From a virus (lineage: Duplodnaviria; Caudoviricetes), in IMG/VR virus record IMGVR_UViG_3300029319_000057, positions 1 through 56,814 of that record: a stretch of DNA of 56,814 nt; one strand, given 5' to 3'. Each line of letters opens with the position of its first letter. The stretch's first letter is position 1. This document shows positions 15,809 through 25,236 of the stretch, one piece after another. Made by a program: the position numbers and the translations under genes. The notes under the pieces are model-generated. The model was not told where the DNA came from and ran no database searches. It saw only the letters and a program-made list of their open reading frames with translations.

Positions 15809-17983
15809 ATGGCAATACCAATTTTAAATCATTTAGACTTAAGAAGTGCATCGGAGCTGCAAAACGCAATTCTGCATAAAACAACTGAGGGCTCTGCATC
15901 AAACGTAGAGGGTAAAATAATATATGACACCGGAACTGACACGATAAAATTTTATAATGGGTCATCATGGATTAATTTAGATGGTTCGGGAGATATTGGT
16001 GCTGTTACAGCCGGAGATGGTTTAACAGGCGGTGGTAGCTCAGGAACAGTATCATTAGCAGTAAATGTTGATGATTCTTCAATAGAAATTAATTCTGATA
16101 CAGTAAGAGTAAAAGCATCAGGTATAACAAATGCGATGTTAGCTGGTTCTATATCACCTACTAAATTATCTACAATTACAACTGCGAATAAAGTTGCATT
16201 ATCTTCATTAGATATTGACGGCGGAACAGATGTAGGTGAAGCGTTAGTAGATGCTGATCTAATGATTGTTGATAATGGTGCCGGTGGCACTAATAGAAAA
16301 GCAACAATGTCTAGGTTAAAAACCTATATGCAAAATAATTTAACATTCACAACCAATACCAATACAGTAGATATGGGTGATGGTTTTGTGATAGAAGATG
16401 GAGACGGTACTGAGGTAACAGTAACTGAAAATAAACAAGTTAAGTTTGTAGAAGGTGGTGGTATTGACATTAACTTTACAGATACCGACAGTGGAGCAGA
16501 TGGAGATGAATTTGATTTAACATTTACAGTTCAAACACTTAATCAAGATACAACTGGAAATGCAGCTACTGCAACAGCATTAGAAACAGCAAGAAACTTA
16601 TCATTAACTGGCGATGTTACTGCTACTTTATCTAGCTTTGACGGTTCTGGCAATGTTAGTGCTGCTGCAACAATAGCATCAGGTGCGGTTCATCATAGTA
16701 TGTTAAGTGATGATATTATTTCAGGACAAGGTGCATTAACATCAGGTTTAGCGAGCACAGATGAACTTATGATTAGCGACGCTGGTACTGTTAAAAGAAT
16801 GGATGTAAGTGTGATACAATCATACATGCAAAATAATTTAACATTTTCTGATAATAATGATGTTAATAACGCGAACTTATTAACAGCTTTAGCAAACTTA
16901 GAATCTACAAGTGGTGCCGCAAATGAAAATATTACAATAGGTACTGATAGTGGCGATACAATAGTAATAACTGGTAACTTACAAGTTTCAGGTACAACTA
17001 CAACAGTCAACTCAACTACGGTAAATCTTAATGACCATAACATAGTGCTTGACAGCGGCAACAGTACATCAGCGGTTGTTGATGGGGCTGGTATTACACT
17101 TGAGGGTGGTTCCGGTGATGATGCTACATTTACTTATAATGCTTCAACAAACGCATTTGATTTTAAATTAGGTAGTTCATTTGAAGATATTAAAGCAGCA
17201 AAAGTTACAGCTACTAGTTTAGATATTTCAGGAAATGTTGATATTGATGGCACTTTAGAAGCTGACGCAATAACAGTTAATGGTACTGCTTTAAATACAG
17301 TTATAGCAGGTGTAACGGTTTCAAATGCTACATTAGCAGCAACAACAACGGTTACAAACTCTACAGCTAATACAGCTTTTCCAATTGTATTTCATGATGA
17401 ATCAAACGGTTTATTAGATGATACAGGTACATTAACATATAATCCAAGTTCTGGTAAATTAGTTGCTCCTGGTGAAATAGAAGCGGCTAGTTTAGATATA
17501 TCTGGTAATGTTGATGTTGATGGAACACTCGAAACAGATGCTTTAACAATTAACGGAACTACTTCTGTAGCGTTTACAAGTAGTGATCATTCAAAGTTAG
17601 ATGGTATAGCCTCTAGTGCAACTGCTAATGCTGCTGCATCTCAGAGTGAAGTTCAAAATGGTACTAACACTACTAAATTTGTAACACCTGATACTTTAGC
17701 ATCTAGATCTGTGCATGCTACAATTGATGTATCTAATTCAACTTTTACATCAAATTTATATGCTGAAATTGCACATAATTTAAGCACTGAAGATATTATT
17801 GTTCAGTTATTTGATGCAACCACAAAGGAAACAGTTTATGCGGATGTTGCTAGAACAGATAAAGATGGTAGCAGTTCAAATGATGAAATTAAAATTACTT
17901 TTGCTTCAGCGCCTTCAAATGACATAGAAGTTTTAATCACTTCGCTTAGAGGCTCAACTGCTGGGACTGTAGCTTATTCATAA
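15809..17983 (+). CDS. Putative tail fibre protein
   Basis: 724 aa G/S/T/D/A-rich; internal repeats SLDISGNVD.DGTLE.DA.T.NGT (x2), YMQNNLTF (x2). Confidence 0.75.
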   Translation: MAIPILNHLDLRSASELQNAILHKTTEGSASNVEGKIIYDTGTDTIKFYNGSSWINLDGSGDIGAVTAGDGLTGGGSSGTVSLAVNVDDSSIEINSDTVRVKASGITNAMLAGSISPTKLSTITTANKVALSSLDIDGGTDVGEALVDADLMIVDNGAGGTNRKATMSRLKTYMQNNLTFTTNTNTVDMGDGFVIEDGDGTEVTVTENKQVKFVEGGGIDINFTDTDSGADGDEFDLTFTVQTLNQDTTGNAATATALETARNLSLTGDVTATLSSFDGSGNVSAAATIASGAVHHSMLSDDIISGQGALTSGLASTDELMISDAGTVKRMDVSVIQSYMQNNLTFSDNNDVNNANLLTALANLESTSGAANENITIGTDSGDTIVITGNLQVSGTTTTVNSTTVNLNDHNIVLDSGNSTSAVVDGAGITLEGGSGDDATFTYNASTNAFDFKLGSSFEDIKAAKVTATSLDISGNVDIDGTLEADAITVNGTALNTVIAGVTVSNATLAATTTVTNSTANTAFPIVFHDESNGLLDDTGTLTYNPSSGKLVAPGEIEAASLDISGNVDVDGTLETDALTINGTTSVAFTSSDHSKLDGIASSATANAAASQSEVQNGTNTTKFVTPDTLASRSVHATIDVSNSTFTSNLYAEIAHNLSTEDIIVQLFDATTKETVYADVARTDKDGSSSNDEIKITFASAPSNDIEVLITSLRGSTAGTVAYS

Positions 17984-17996
17984 TAACAATTAAAAT

Positions 17997-18028
17997 ATGG
18001 CGGTGTTTTTATGCCGCCATGTTAACTT
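17997..18028 (+). terminator. Putative intrinsic terminator/hairpin
   Basis: ATGGCGG...CCGCCAT stem right after the stop codon; weak U tail. Confidence 0.5.
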
Positions 18029-18042
18029 TAATATAAATATAC

Positions 18043-21000
18043 ATGCCTAAATTTTTTAATACACTTGAAGCACAAGTTGGGAATTTTACTATTCAAAACT
18101 CAGCAGATGACAAAGATATTACTTTTAAAAGCGACAACGGCAGTGGTGGGCTTACTGAATACTTTAGAATGGATGGTAGCGCAGTACAAATGTTTGGCTC
18201 TGTTCCTTTAAAGCTTGGTGATAGTAAAGAACTTTGGCTTGGTAACGCTAGCGATTTTTATTTAACTCATGATGGAACAAATAACTTTATTATTGCACAA
18301 AATGGGCCTTTATATATTAGACAAACTGAAAATGATCAAGATATAATATTTGAATCAGATGATGGCTCTGGTGGTACAACTGAATATTTTAAATTAGATG
18401 GTAGCGCCACAAGAACTGTATTTTCCAGAACAACAAGACATACAGACGGAGTAATAGCACAATTTGGTACTTCGGGAGATTTAGGTATTCAACACGATGG
18501 CACAGATAGCACAATAGCTAATGCAGTAGGTGATCTAATTATAAGTAACGATGCTAATGATAAAGATATTATATTTAAATGTGATACAGGTGGCGGAGGA
18601 CTTGCTACATATTTCTTTTTAGATGGAAGTTTAGCTGACAGTACTTATAAATATACTAGATGGGTTGATTATAGTGTTGTAAGTTTAGGTACAGGAAATG
18701 ACTTTCAGCTTTTTCACGATTCAACAAAAAGTAGAATTGAAAATCTTACAGGTAATTTAGAAATAACTCAAAAAGCTGACGATGCAGATATTGTATTTAG
18801 GTCAGATGACGGATCTGGAGGAACAGCAGACTATTTTAGGGTGGTTGGTAGCGATGAGCAGATTGTTTTTAGTAAAGATGTTAAATTAAAAGACAGTATA
18901 CTTTTAAAAATAGGTGATAGTGCAGATTTTAAATTATCACACAATGGCACTTTAAGTACAATACTTAATGAAACGGGTAATTTACTTATAAAAAATCAAG
19001 CTAATGATAGTGATATAGTATTTCAATGCGATGATGGTAGTGGAGGTTTAGCTGAATATTTTAGAGTTGATGGTGGAACAGAGGATATAAGATTCTCAAA
19101 AAACACAAGGCATCTTGACAATGTAAGGGCTGAATTTGGTAATAGTGGTGATTTTGACATATATTATGACGGTTCAAATGCCTATGTAGTAAATGGTGGC
19201 TCGGCAGCAGGTGATATACAAATTATAAATAATACTGATGATGGTGATATAAAATTCTTTTCTGATGATGGTACAGGAAGCACAACTGAATATTTTAGAT
19301 TAGATGGCGGTTTAGGTTATTCTGTAGCTAGTAAACATATACAAATGGTAGACGGCAAAGCTGTGTACTATGGTAGTGGAAATGACTTAGGAATATATCA
19401 TTCAAGTAATAATTCTTTTATAGAAAACATTACAGGTGACTTAACTATACAAAATACAACTGATGATGCTGATATTATATTTAAATCTGATAATGGTTCT
19501 GGTGGCTTAATGACTTATTTTAGTCTTGATGGAAGTGACGTAAGAATAAACGTAAATGCAACTAATGGTATGCAGTTTATGGACGATGTTAAAGCTAAAT
19601 TTGGTACCAGTGGTGATTTAACTATTAGGCACGATTCAAGTAATAGTATAATAGAAAATTCAGTAGGTGATTTAAGATTTACAAATAAAGCAGATGATAA
19701 AGATATTGTATTTCAAACTGATGATGGATCAGGAGCTGTAACTACGTATTTCTTTTTAGATGGTAGTAGGGCTGATGGTACTTATATTTATACAGAGTTT
19801 CCTGATAATTCTGTTATAGGTTTAGGAAATGATACTGATTTTCAATTATATCACGATGGTAGTAATAGTTTAATAGATAATTTTGTAGGTCATTTAATAA
19901 TACAACAAAGAACAGACGATAAAGATATAATATTTAAAAGCGATGATGGTTCAGGTGGGGTAGCTGAATACTTTAGATTAGATGGTGGAACAACATCTAT
20001 AATAGCAAGTAAGAATGTAGAGCTTTTAGATAATGTCGAACTTAAAATTGGCACTGGTAATGATTTGAACATTAGACATAGTGGAACTGAATCATTTATA
20101 CAAAACCAAACAGGCAACCTAACTATACAGAATCTAACTGATGATGCTGATATTATATTCAAATCTGATAATGGAAGCGGCGGTGTTATAGAATACTTAA
20201 GATTAGATGGAAGTGAGGAAAGACTAACAGTAAACGCACCAAACGGCATGCTATTTTTTGATGATATAAAAGCTAAGTTTGGAACTGGCAGTGATTTACA
20301 AATATACCACAATAGCACGACAGGTAATGGTATTATAGAGAATGGCACAGGTGATTTAGTAATACAAAATAATTTAGATGATTCAGATATATTATTTAGA
20401 TCTGATGATGGTAGTGGTGGGGTTACTGAATACTTTAGATTAGATGGTGGGCTAGAAAAAATAGTTTTTTCAAAAAATATAATGTGTCTTGATAATGTAA
20501 AAGCACAGTTTGGTGATAGTAATGATTTACAAATATATCACGATGGTACTAATTCATATATACAAGATAATGGAACAGGAGATTTACTTGTATATTTTGA
20601 TAATGAATTTAAAGTAATTAAAAATGGAAGTTCGGAAATTTGTATTGAAGCAACAGCCGATGGAAGTGTTGATTTATACCACAATAGCAGCCAAAAGTTT
20701 GCAACAACAAGTACAGGAGTAGCAGTTACTGGTGGTATAACATTAAGTGGAACTGTCCAGGGTAGAGAAATACCTTTTGTTATAAGAAGCAGCTTTGATG
20801 ATATGTCTAATAGTACTTCTATATTTGTTATACCGTGGGATGCTAATGTTGAAACAACAGTTTCCGGAGCAGATGAAGAGCATATATTTGTAGCGCCTTA
20901 TGCTGGAAAGCTTAAAAAAGTACAATTTAAACATGTAAAAGGTAGTTTAAGTTCAAGTTTTACAACGGAATTAAAGTTTTATAAAAATGGAAGTTCAGTG

Positions 21001-21177
21001 GCCGCCAGCGGTGAATTAACAGCCTCAAATGATGCAATTACCTGGACACCAACAAGCAGTAATACTTTTTCAGCAAATGATGAATTAATGATAGCATATC
21101 AAAAAAGCGCAACATCTAAATATTGGCAACATGTTTCAGTTAGCGTGGTATTTAGTTTTACAAATTATGATATTTAA
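18043..21177 (+). CDS. Repeat-built tail fibre/spike protein
   Basis: 1044 aa; 11 tandem ~76-80-aa repeats with core DxDIxFxSDxGSGG..EYFRxDG; distinct C-terminal domain. Confidence 0.8.
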   Translation: MPKFFNTLEAQVGNFTIQNSADDKDITFKSDNGSGGLTEYFRMDGSAVQMFGSVPLKLGDSKELWLGNASDFYLTHDGTNNFIIAQNGPLYIRQTENDQDIIFESDDGSGGTTEYFKLDGSATRTVFSRTTRHTDGVIAQFGTSGDLGIQHDGTDSTIANAVGDLIISNDANDKDIIFKCDTGGGGLATYFFLDGSLADSTYKYTRWVDYSVVSLGTGNDFQLFHDSTKSRIENLTGNLEITQKADDADIVFRSDDGSGGTADYFRVVGSDEQIVFSKDVKLKDSILLKIGDSADFKLSHNGTLSTILNETGNLLIKNQANDSDIVFQCDDGSGGLAEYFRVDGGTEDIRFSKNTRHLDNVRAEFGNSGDFDIYYDGSNAYVVNGGSAAGDIQIINNTDDGDIKFFSDDGTGSTTEYFRLDGGLGYSVASKHIQMVDGKAVYYGSGNDLGIYHSSNNSFIENITGDLTIQNTTDDADIIFKSDNGSGGLMTYFSLDGSDVRINVNATNGMQFMDDVKAKFGTSGDLTIRHDSSNSIIENSVGDLRFTNKADDKDIVFQTDDGSGAVTTYFFLDGSRADGTYIYTEFPDNSVIGLGNDTDFQLYHDGSNSLIDNFVGHLIIQQRTDDKDIIFKSDDGSGGVAEYFRLDGGTTSIIASKNVELLDNVELKIGTGNDLNIRHSGTESFIQNQTGNLTIQNLTDDADIIFKSDNGSGGVIEYLRLDGSEERLTVNAPNGMLFFDDIKAKFGTGSDLQIYHNSTTGNGIIENGTGDLVIQNNLDDSDILFRSDDGSGGVTEYFRLDGGLEKIVFSKNIMCLDNVKAQFGDSNDLQIYHDGTNSYIQDNGTGDLLVYFDNEFKVIKNGSSEICIEATADGSVDLYHNSSQKFATTSTGVAVTGGITLSGTVQGREIPFVIRSSFDDMSNSTSIFVIPWDANVETTVSGADEEHIFVAPYAGKLKKVQFKHVKGSLSSSFTTELKFYKNGSSVAASGELTASNDAITWTPTSSNTFSANDELMIAYQKSATSKYWQHVSVSVVFSFTNYDI

Positions 21178-21180
21178 ATT

Positions 21181-21675
21181 ATGGGATATTTTGAGCAAAT
21201 AGATACAAGCAAATTAAATTGGAAAACCGATGGTCAAGTACGCAGAGTTAATGGCGGGCTTACTTTAGTGCCATATATAAATGGTACGGATGATGATATA
21301 TATAAAGGCTGTATTGAAGATTTATTAAAATTAGATTGGTCTGGATATAAATTATATTTAGTCGGAGGTGTATTACACGGCTGGCCAACAACAGATATTG
21401 ATATATGTATAACAGGTACTATTGGTGATGATTTACCTGTATTAATGGAAGAAGCAACAAAGCTTGGCCCTTTTGATTTGTATTATGTTAAATCACTAGA
21501 TGAAATAAAAGATAATACAACTAGAATATGGGAATTTGCAAAACATAGCGATAGAAAATATCCAAATGCAGCAAGATGGCATGGCCAATGGAAACAAGAT
21601 GGTTTATTTTGGATGACAGAAAAGTTTGATGCAAAGGGCAGAACATATGACAAAGAGCCCTTAATGCTCAACTAA
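21181..21675 (+). CDS. Putative Pol-beta-superfamily nucleotidyltransferase-like protein
   Basis: LYLVGGVLHGWPTTDIDICITG (hGG...DxD) and later PFDLYY. Confidence 0.55.
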   Translation: MGYFEQIDTSKLNWKTDGQVRRVNGGLTLVPYINGTDDDIYKGCIEDLLKLDWSGYKLYLVGGVLHGWPTTDIDICITGTIGDDLPVLMEEATKLGPFDLYYVKSLDEIKDNTTRIWEFAKHSDRKYPNAARWHGQWKQDGLFWMTEKFDAKGRTYDKEPLMLN

Positions 21676-21741
21676 TTAAAGTAAAAATTACGTAAAATAC
21701 GTAATGATATAAACATAGTAATAACAATTAAATTAAATTTT

Positions 21742-22008
21742 ATGGCAAAGAAAACAAATGATTTAAAAATCACAGATGAAGAGCTAAAATTAGTTCAAGA
21801 AAAAGTACAACAAATTAATAACGGCCAAATGCAAGTAGGCGGTTTAGAAATGCAAAAACAACTTGCAGTTCTTAACGTACAACAAGCACAAGCAGAGCTA
21901 ATAGAATTACAAAAAGTTCTTGAAGAAAAATATGGCAAAGTTACTGTAAATTTAAATGACGGTACTTTAAAAGAAATTGAAGAAGATGGGCCTAGTAAGA
22001 AAAATTAG
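21742..22008 (+). CDS. Coiled-coil hypothetical protein
   Basis: 88 aa, Q/E/L heptads. Confidence 0.75.
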   Translation: MAKKTNDLKITDEELKLVQEKVQQINNGQMQVGGLEMQKQLAVLNVQQAQAELIELQKVLEEKYGKVTVNLNDGTLKEIEEDGPSKKN

Positions 22009-22204
22009 TATTGGCAGAGATTATAAAAATGATGCAATGCATTATTCTGTAGGGCAAGAAGTATATGGTGGCCATATTATAGATTCTATTATAGAAGAAG
22101 ATAATAAATTTTCTATTTTTATTAAAAAAGGTAAAGAAGTTTTACCATGGAAAGATTTTAATAAGAATATGGCGATTGCAGTTGAATATAATTTAGAATA
22201 TTAA
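21986..22204 (+). CDS. Conserved hypothetical protein
   Basis: ATG at 21986; RKISIGRDYKNDAMHYSVGQ. Confidence 0.7.
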   Translation: MGLVRKISIGRDYKNDAMHYSVGQEVYGGHIIDSIIEEDNKFSIFIKKGKEVLPWKDFNKNMAIAVEYNLEY

Positions 22205-22791
22205 TGCAAAGTTTATTTGATTTTATAATCAAACCAAAAAAAGAACGATACGACAATATAAAACAAATTGGTGACCAAGAGCTGATATTAAATTCAGAAA
22301 TATCTAGTCACCAATATGTTAGTCGTATTGGTATTGTTCTAGCTATTCCAAAAGCTGAACCTACAGATATTAAAGTTGGGGATGAAGTTATTATACATCA
22401 TAATGTTTTTAGAAGATGGTACGATGTTAGAGGTATAGAAAAAAATAGTAGAAGCTATTGGAAAGAAGATAAATATTTTGTTAAACCAGACCAAATATTT
22501 TTATATAAAAGAAATAATAAATGGCATGCACCTAAAGGTTATTGTTTTGTAAAACCAATTCAATCAAATAATATATTATTAGAAAAAGAAGTTCCATTAA
22601 GAGGTATTATAAAATACGTAGATAAAGAACTTAAAAATATAGATAAAGAAGATTTAGTTGGATTTACACCTAGTAGCGAATATGAATTTGTTATTGATGG
22701 TGAAAGATTATATAGAGTATTAACTAATTCAATATCTATTAAATATGAACGTCAAAGAAACGAAAAAGAATATAATCCAAGCTGGGCATAG
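22204..22791 (+). CDS. Second GroES-like protein, apparently two tandem GroES-type domains
   Basis: FIIKP...GIVLAIP...DIKVGDEVIIHH then YCFVKP...GIIKYVD...IDKEDLVGF. Confidence 0.65.
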   Translation: MQSLFDFIIKPKKERYDNIKQIGDQELILNSEISSHQYVSRIGIVLAIPKAEPTDIKVGDEVIIHHNVFRRWYDVRGIEKNSRSYWKEDKYFVKPDQIFLYKRNNKWHAPKGYCFVKPIQSNNILLEKEVPLRGIIKYVDKELKNIDKEDLVGFTPSSEYEFVIDGERLYRVLTNSISIKYERQRNEKEYNPSWA

Positions 22792-23017
22792 CGCAGTTAA
22801 GGAATTAATAAAAGTTGCAAAAGAGCCTATAGTTGAAACAGAAGATGATGTTTCTGCAGATAGATTAAAAAATGCCGCCGCAACTAAAAAGTTAGCTATA
22901 TTTGATGCGTTTGAAATATTAAATCGTATTGAAGAAGAAAAAGCATTATTAGAAAATAAACCTTTGGAAAATAAAGATGATACTTTTAAAGGTTTTGCAG
23001 AAAGGAGATCTAAATAA
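22745..23017 (+). CDS. Putative terminase small subunit
   Basis: 90-aa helical ORF coupled to terL; positional inference. Confidence 0.5.
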   Translation: MNVKETKKNIIQAGHSAVKELIKVAKEPIVETEDDVSADRLKNAAATKKLAIFDAFEILNRIEEEKALLENKPLENKDDTFKGFAERRSK

Positions 23018-25236
23018 TGTATAAACAAAATTTATATAAGATAATACAACCAGTTAGATTAAATACTGTTAAAAGATTAAATAAATCTAAGAAGTGGCAA
23101 TATGGATATAATAAAGAACACGATATTGTTGTTATATCTAAAACAGGAATGATTGGTGATATTTATGAAATACAAAATTTAAAAATAGCATTGCCTAAAC
23201 AACCTAATAAAGTTTTTAAAGGTAATGATAAATGGGAGGTTCAAGAATATCCTAAAGAGCTAAATAAAATAAAAACAATATTTGATTGGCGTAGTTTGCC
23301 TTCAGATTTTAAAAATAATTGGTATGCGTATATTGACTCAGAATTTACTAAGCGGGAACAAGGCTTTTGGTTTTATAACAAAGGCATTCCTACTTATATT
23401 ACTGGGACTCATTATATGTACTTGCAGTGGACCAAAATTGATATTGGGAAACCAGAATTTAGAGAAGCAAATAGATTATTCTTTATTTTCTGGGAAGCTT
23501 GTAAAGCAGATTCACGATCCTATGGGATGTGTTATCTTAAGAACAGGCGTTCCGGGTTTTCTTTCATGGCCTCAGGAGAGGTGGTTAACTTGGCAACCAT
23601 ATCAAGTGACTCCAGGTATGGTATATTATCTAAGTCCGGTGCTGACGCCAAAAAAATGTTTACAGATAAGGTGGTTCCCATCTCTGTCAATTACCCATTC
23701 TTTTTCAAGCCGATACAGGACGGAATGGACAGGCCCAAGACTGAACTTGCATACCGTGTACCAGCCAGTAAATTTACCAGAAGAAAACTCACAGCCAACG
23801 AAGCCGTGGAAGACATACAGGGATTGGACACCACCATCGACTGGAAGAACACCGGTGATAATTCCTACGATGGGGAGAAGCTTGCCCTCCTCATACATGA
23901 CGAAGCCGGTAAATGGGAGAGGCCAGAAAACATTCTCAACAACTGGAGGGTCACGAAAACCACATTAAGATTAGGTAGTAGAATTATAGGTAAGTGTATG
24001 ATGGGTTCTACTAGCAACTCAGCAGATAAAGGAGGTGATAATTTTAAAAAATTATATAACGATTCAGATGTTACAAAAAGAAACCGCAATGGACAGACTC
24101 GCTCGGGATTATATAGTTTGTTCATACCTATGGAATGGAACTTCGAGGGATTCATTGATTCTTATGGCCTACCTGTATTCGATACACCCGAAGCAATTAT
24201 TAAAGACGCATACGGCGAAGATATTGACACCGGGGTTATTGAGCATTGGGAAAATGAAGTCGAAGGCTTAAAGTCCGACCAAGACGCTTTAAATGAGTTT
24301 TATAGACAATTTCCAAGAACAGAAGAACATGCGTTTAGAGACGAAACAAAAAATAGTATATTTAATCTAGCAAAAATTTACGAACAAATTGATTACAATG
24401 ATGAAGTCGCAAATCTGTCACAAGTTACCGTTGGCAGTTTTACGTGGCAAAATGGAATTAAAGACACGAAAGTCCAGTTTACGCCAAATCCTAACGGAAG
24501 GTTTAAAGTCAGCTGGGTTCCGAATGTAAGATTACAAAATAATATTATAACTAAAAATGGTATTAAATATCCAGGTAATGAGCATATGGGTGCTTTTGGC
24601 TGTGATAGTTATGATATATCTGGAACTACAGATGGGCAAGGATCTAAAGGCTCGTTGCATGGTTTAACTAAATTTAGCATGGAAGAAGCTCCAGCAAATA
24701 TGTTTTTTTTAGAATATATAGCTAGACCGCAAACTGCAGAAATGTTTTTTGAAGATGTGTTAATGGCATTAGTATTTTATGGTATGCCATTACTTGCAGA
24801 AAATAATAAACCTAGATTATTATATTATTTAAAACGTAGAGGTTATAGAGGTTATTCAATGAATAGACCTGATAAAGCTAGAAATAAATTATCTGTTACA
24901 GAAAAAGAGATAGGTGGTATACCTAATTCAAGTGAAGATATAAGACAAGCTCACGCCGCTGCAATTGAAACATATATAAATGATTATGTTGGTATTATAG
25001 GAGATGGGCAATATGGAAATTTATATTTTAATAGAACATTAAATGATTGGGCTAAATTTGACATAAATAAAAGAACAAAATTTGATGCTGCTATAAGCTC
25101 AGGGTTAGCAATAATGGGATGTAATAAAAATAAATACAGACCAAATGCTGAAAGAATAAAATCAAAAGTTAATATCAATTTTTCAAAATACGAAAATAAA
25201 GGAACTATATCAAAAATAATAAAAAATTATGGCTGA
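23017..25236 (+). CDS. terL: Terminase large subunit
   Basis: Walker A-like LKNRRSGFS, Walker B LLIHDEAGKW, motif III GST, nuclease GCDSYD...LAENN. Confidence 0.93.
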   Translation: MYKQNLYKIIQPVRLNTVKRLNKSKKWQYGYNKEHDIVVISKTGMIGDIYEIQNLKIALPKQPNKVFKGNDKWEVQEYPKELNKIKTIFDWRSLPSDFKNNWYAYIDSEFTKREQGFWFYNKGIPTYITGTHYMYLQWTKIDIGKPEFREANRLFFIFWEACKADSRSYGMCYLKNRRSGFSFMASGEVVNLATISSDSRYGILSKSGADAKKMFTDKVVPISVNYPFFFKPIQDGMDRPKTELAYRVPASKFTRRKLTANEAVEDIQGLDTTIDWKNTGDNSYDGEKLALLIHDEAGKWERPENILNNWRVTKTTLRLGSRIIGKCMMGSTSNSADKGGDNFKKLYNDSDVTKRNRNGQTRSGLYSLFIPMEWNFEGFIDSYGLPVFDTPEAIIKDAYGEDIDTGVIEHWENEVEGLKSDQDALNEFYRQFPRTEEHAFRDETKNSIFNLAKIYEQIDYNDEVANLSQVTVGSFTWQNGIKDTKVQFTPNPNGRFKVSWVPNVRLQNNIITKNGIKYPGNEHMGAFGCDSYDISGTTDGQGSKGSLHGLTKFSMEEAPANMFFLEYIARPQTAEMFFEDVLMALVFYGMPLLAENNKPRLLYYLKRRGYRGYSMNRPDKARNKLSVTEKEIGGIPNSSEDIRQAHAAAIETYINDYVGIIGDGQYGNLYFNRTLNDWAKFDINKRTKFDAAISSGLAIMGCNKNKYRPNAERIKSKVNINFSKYENKGTISKIIKNYG

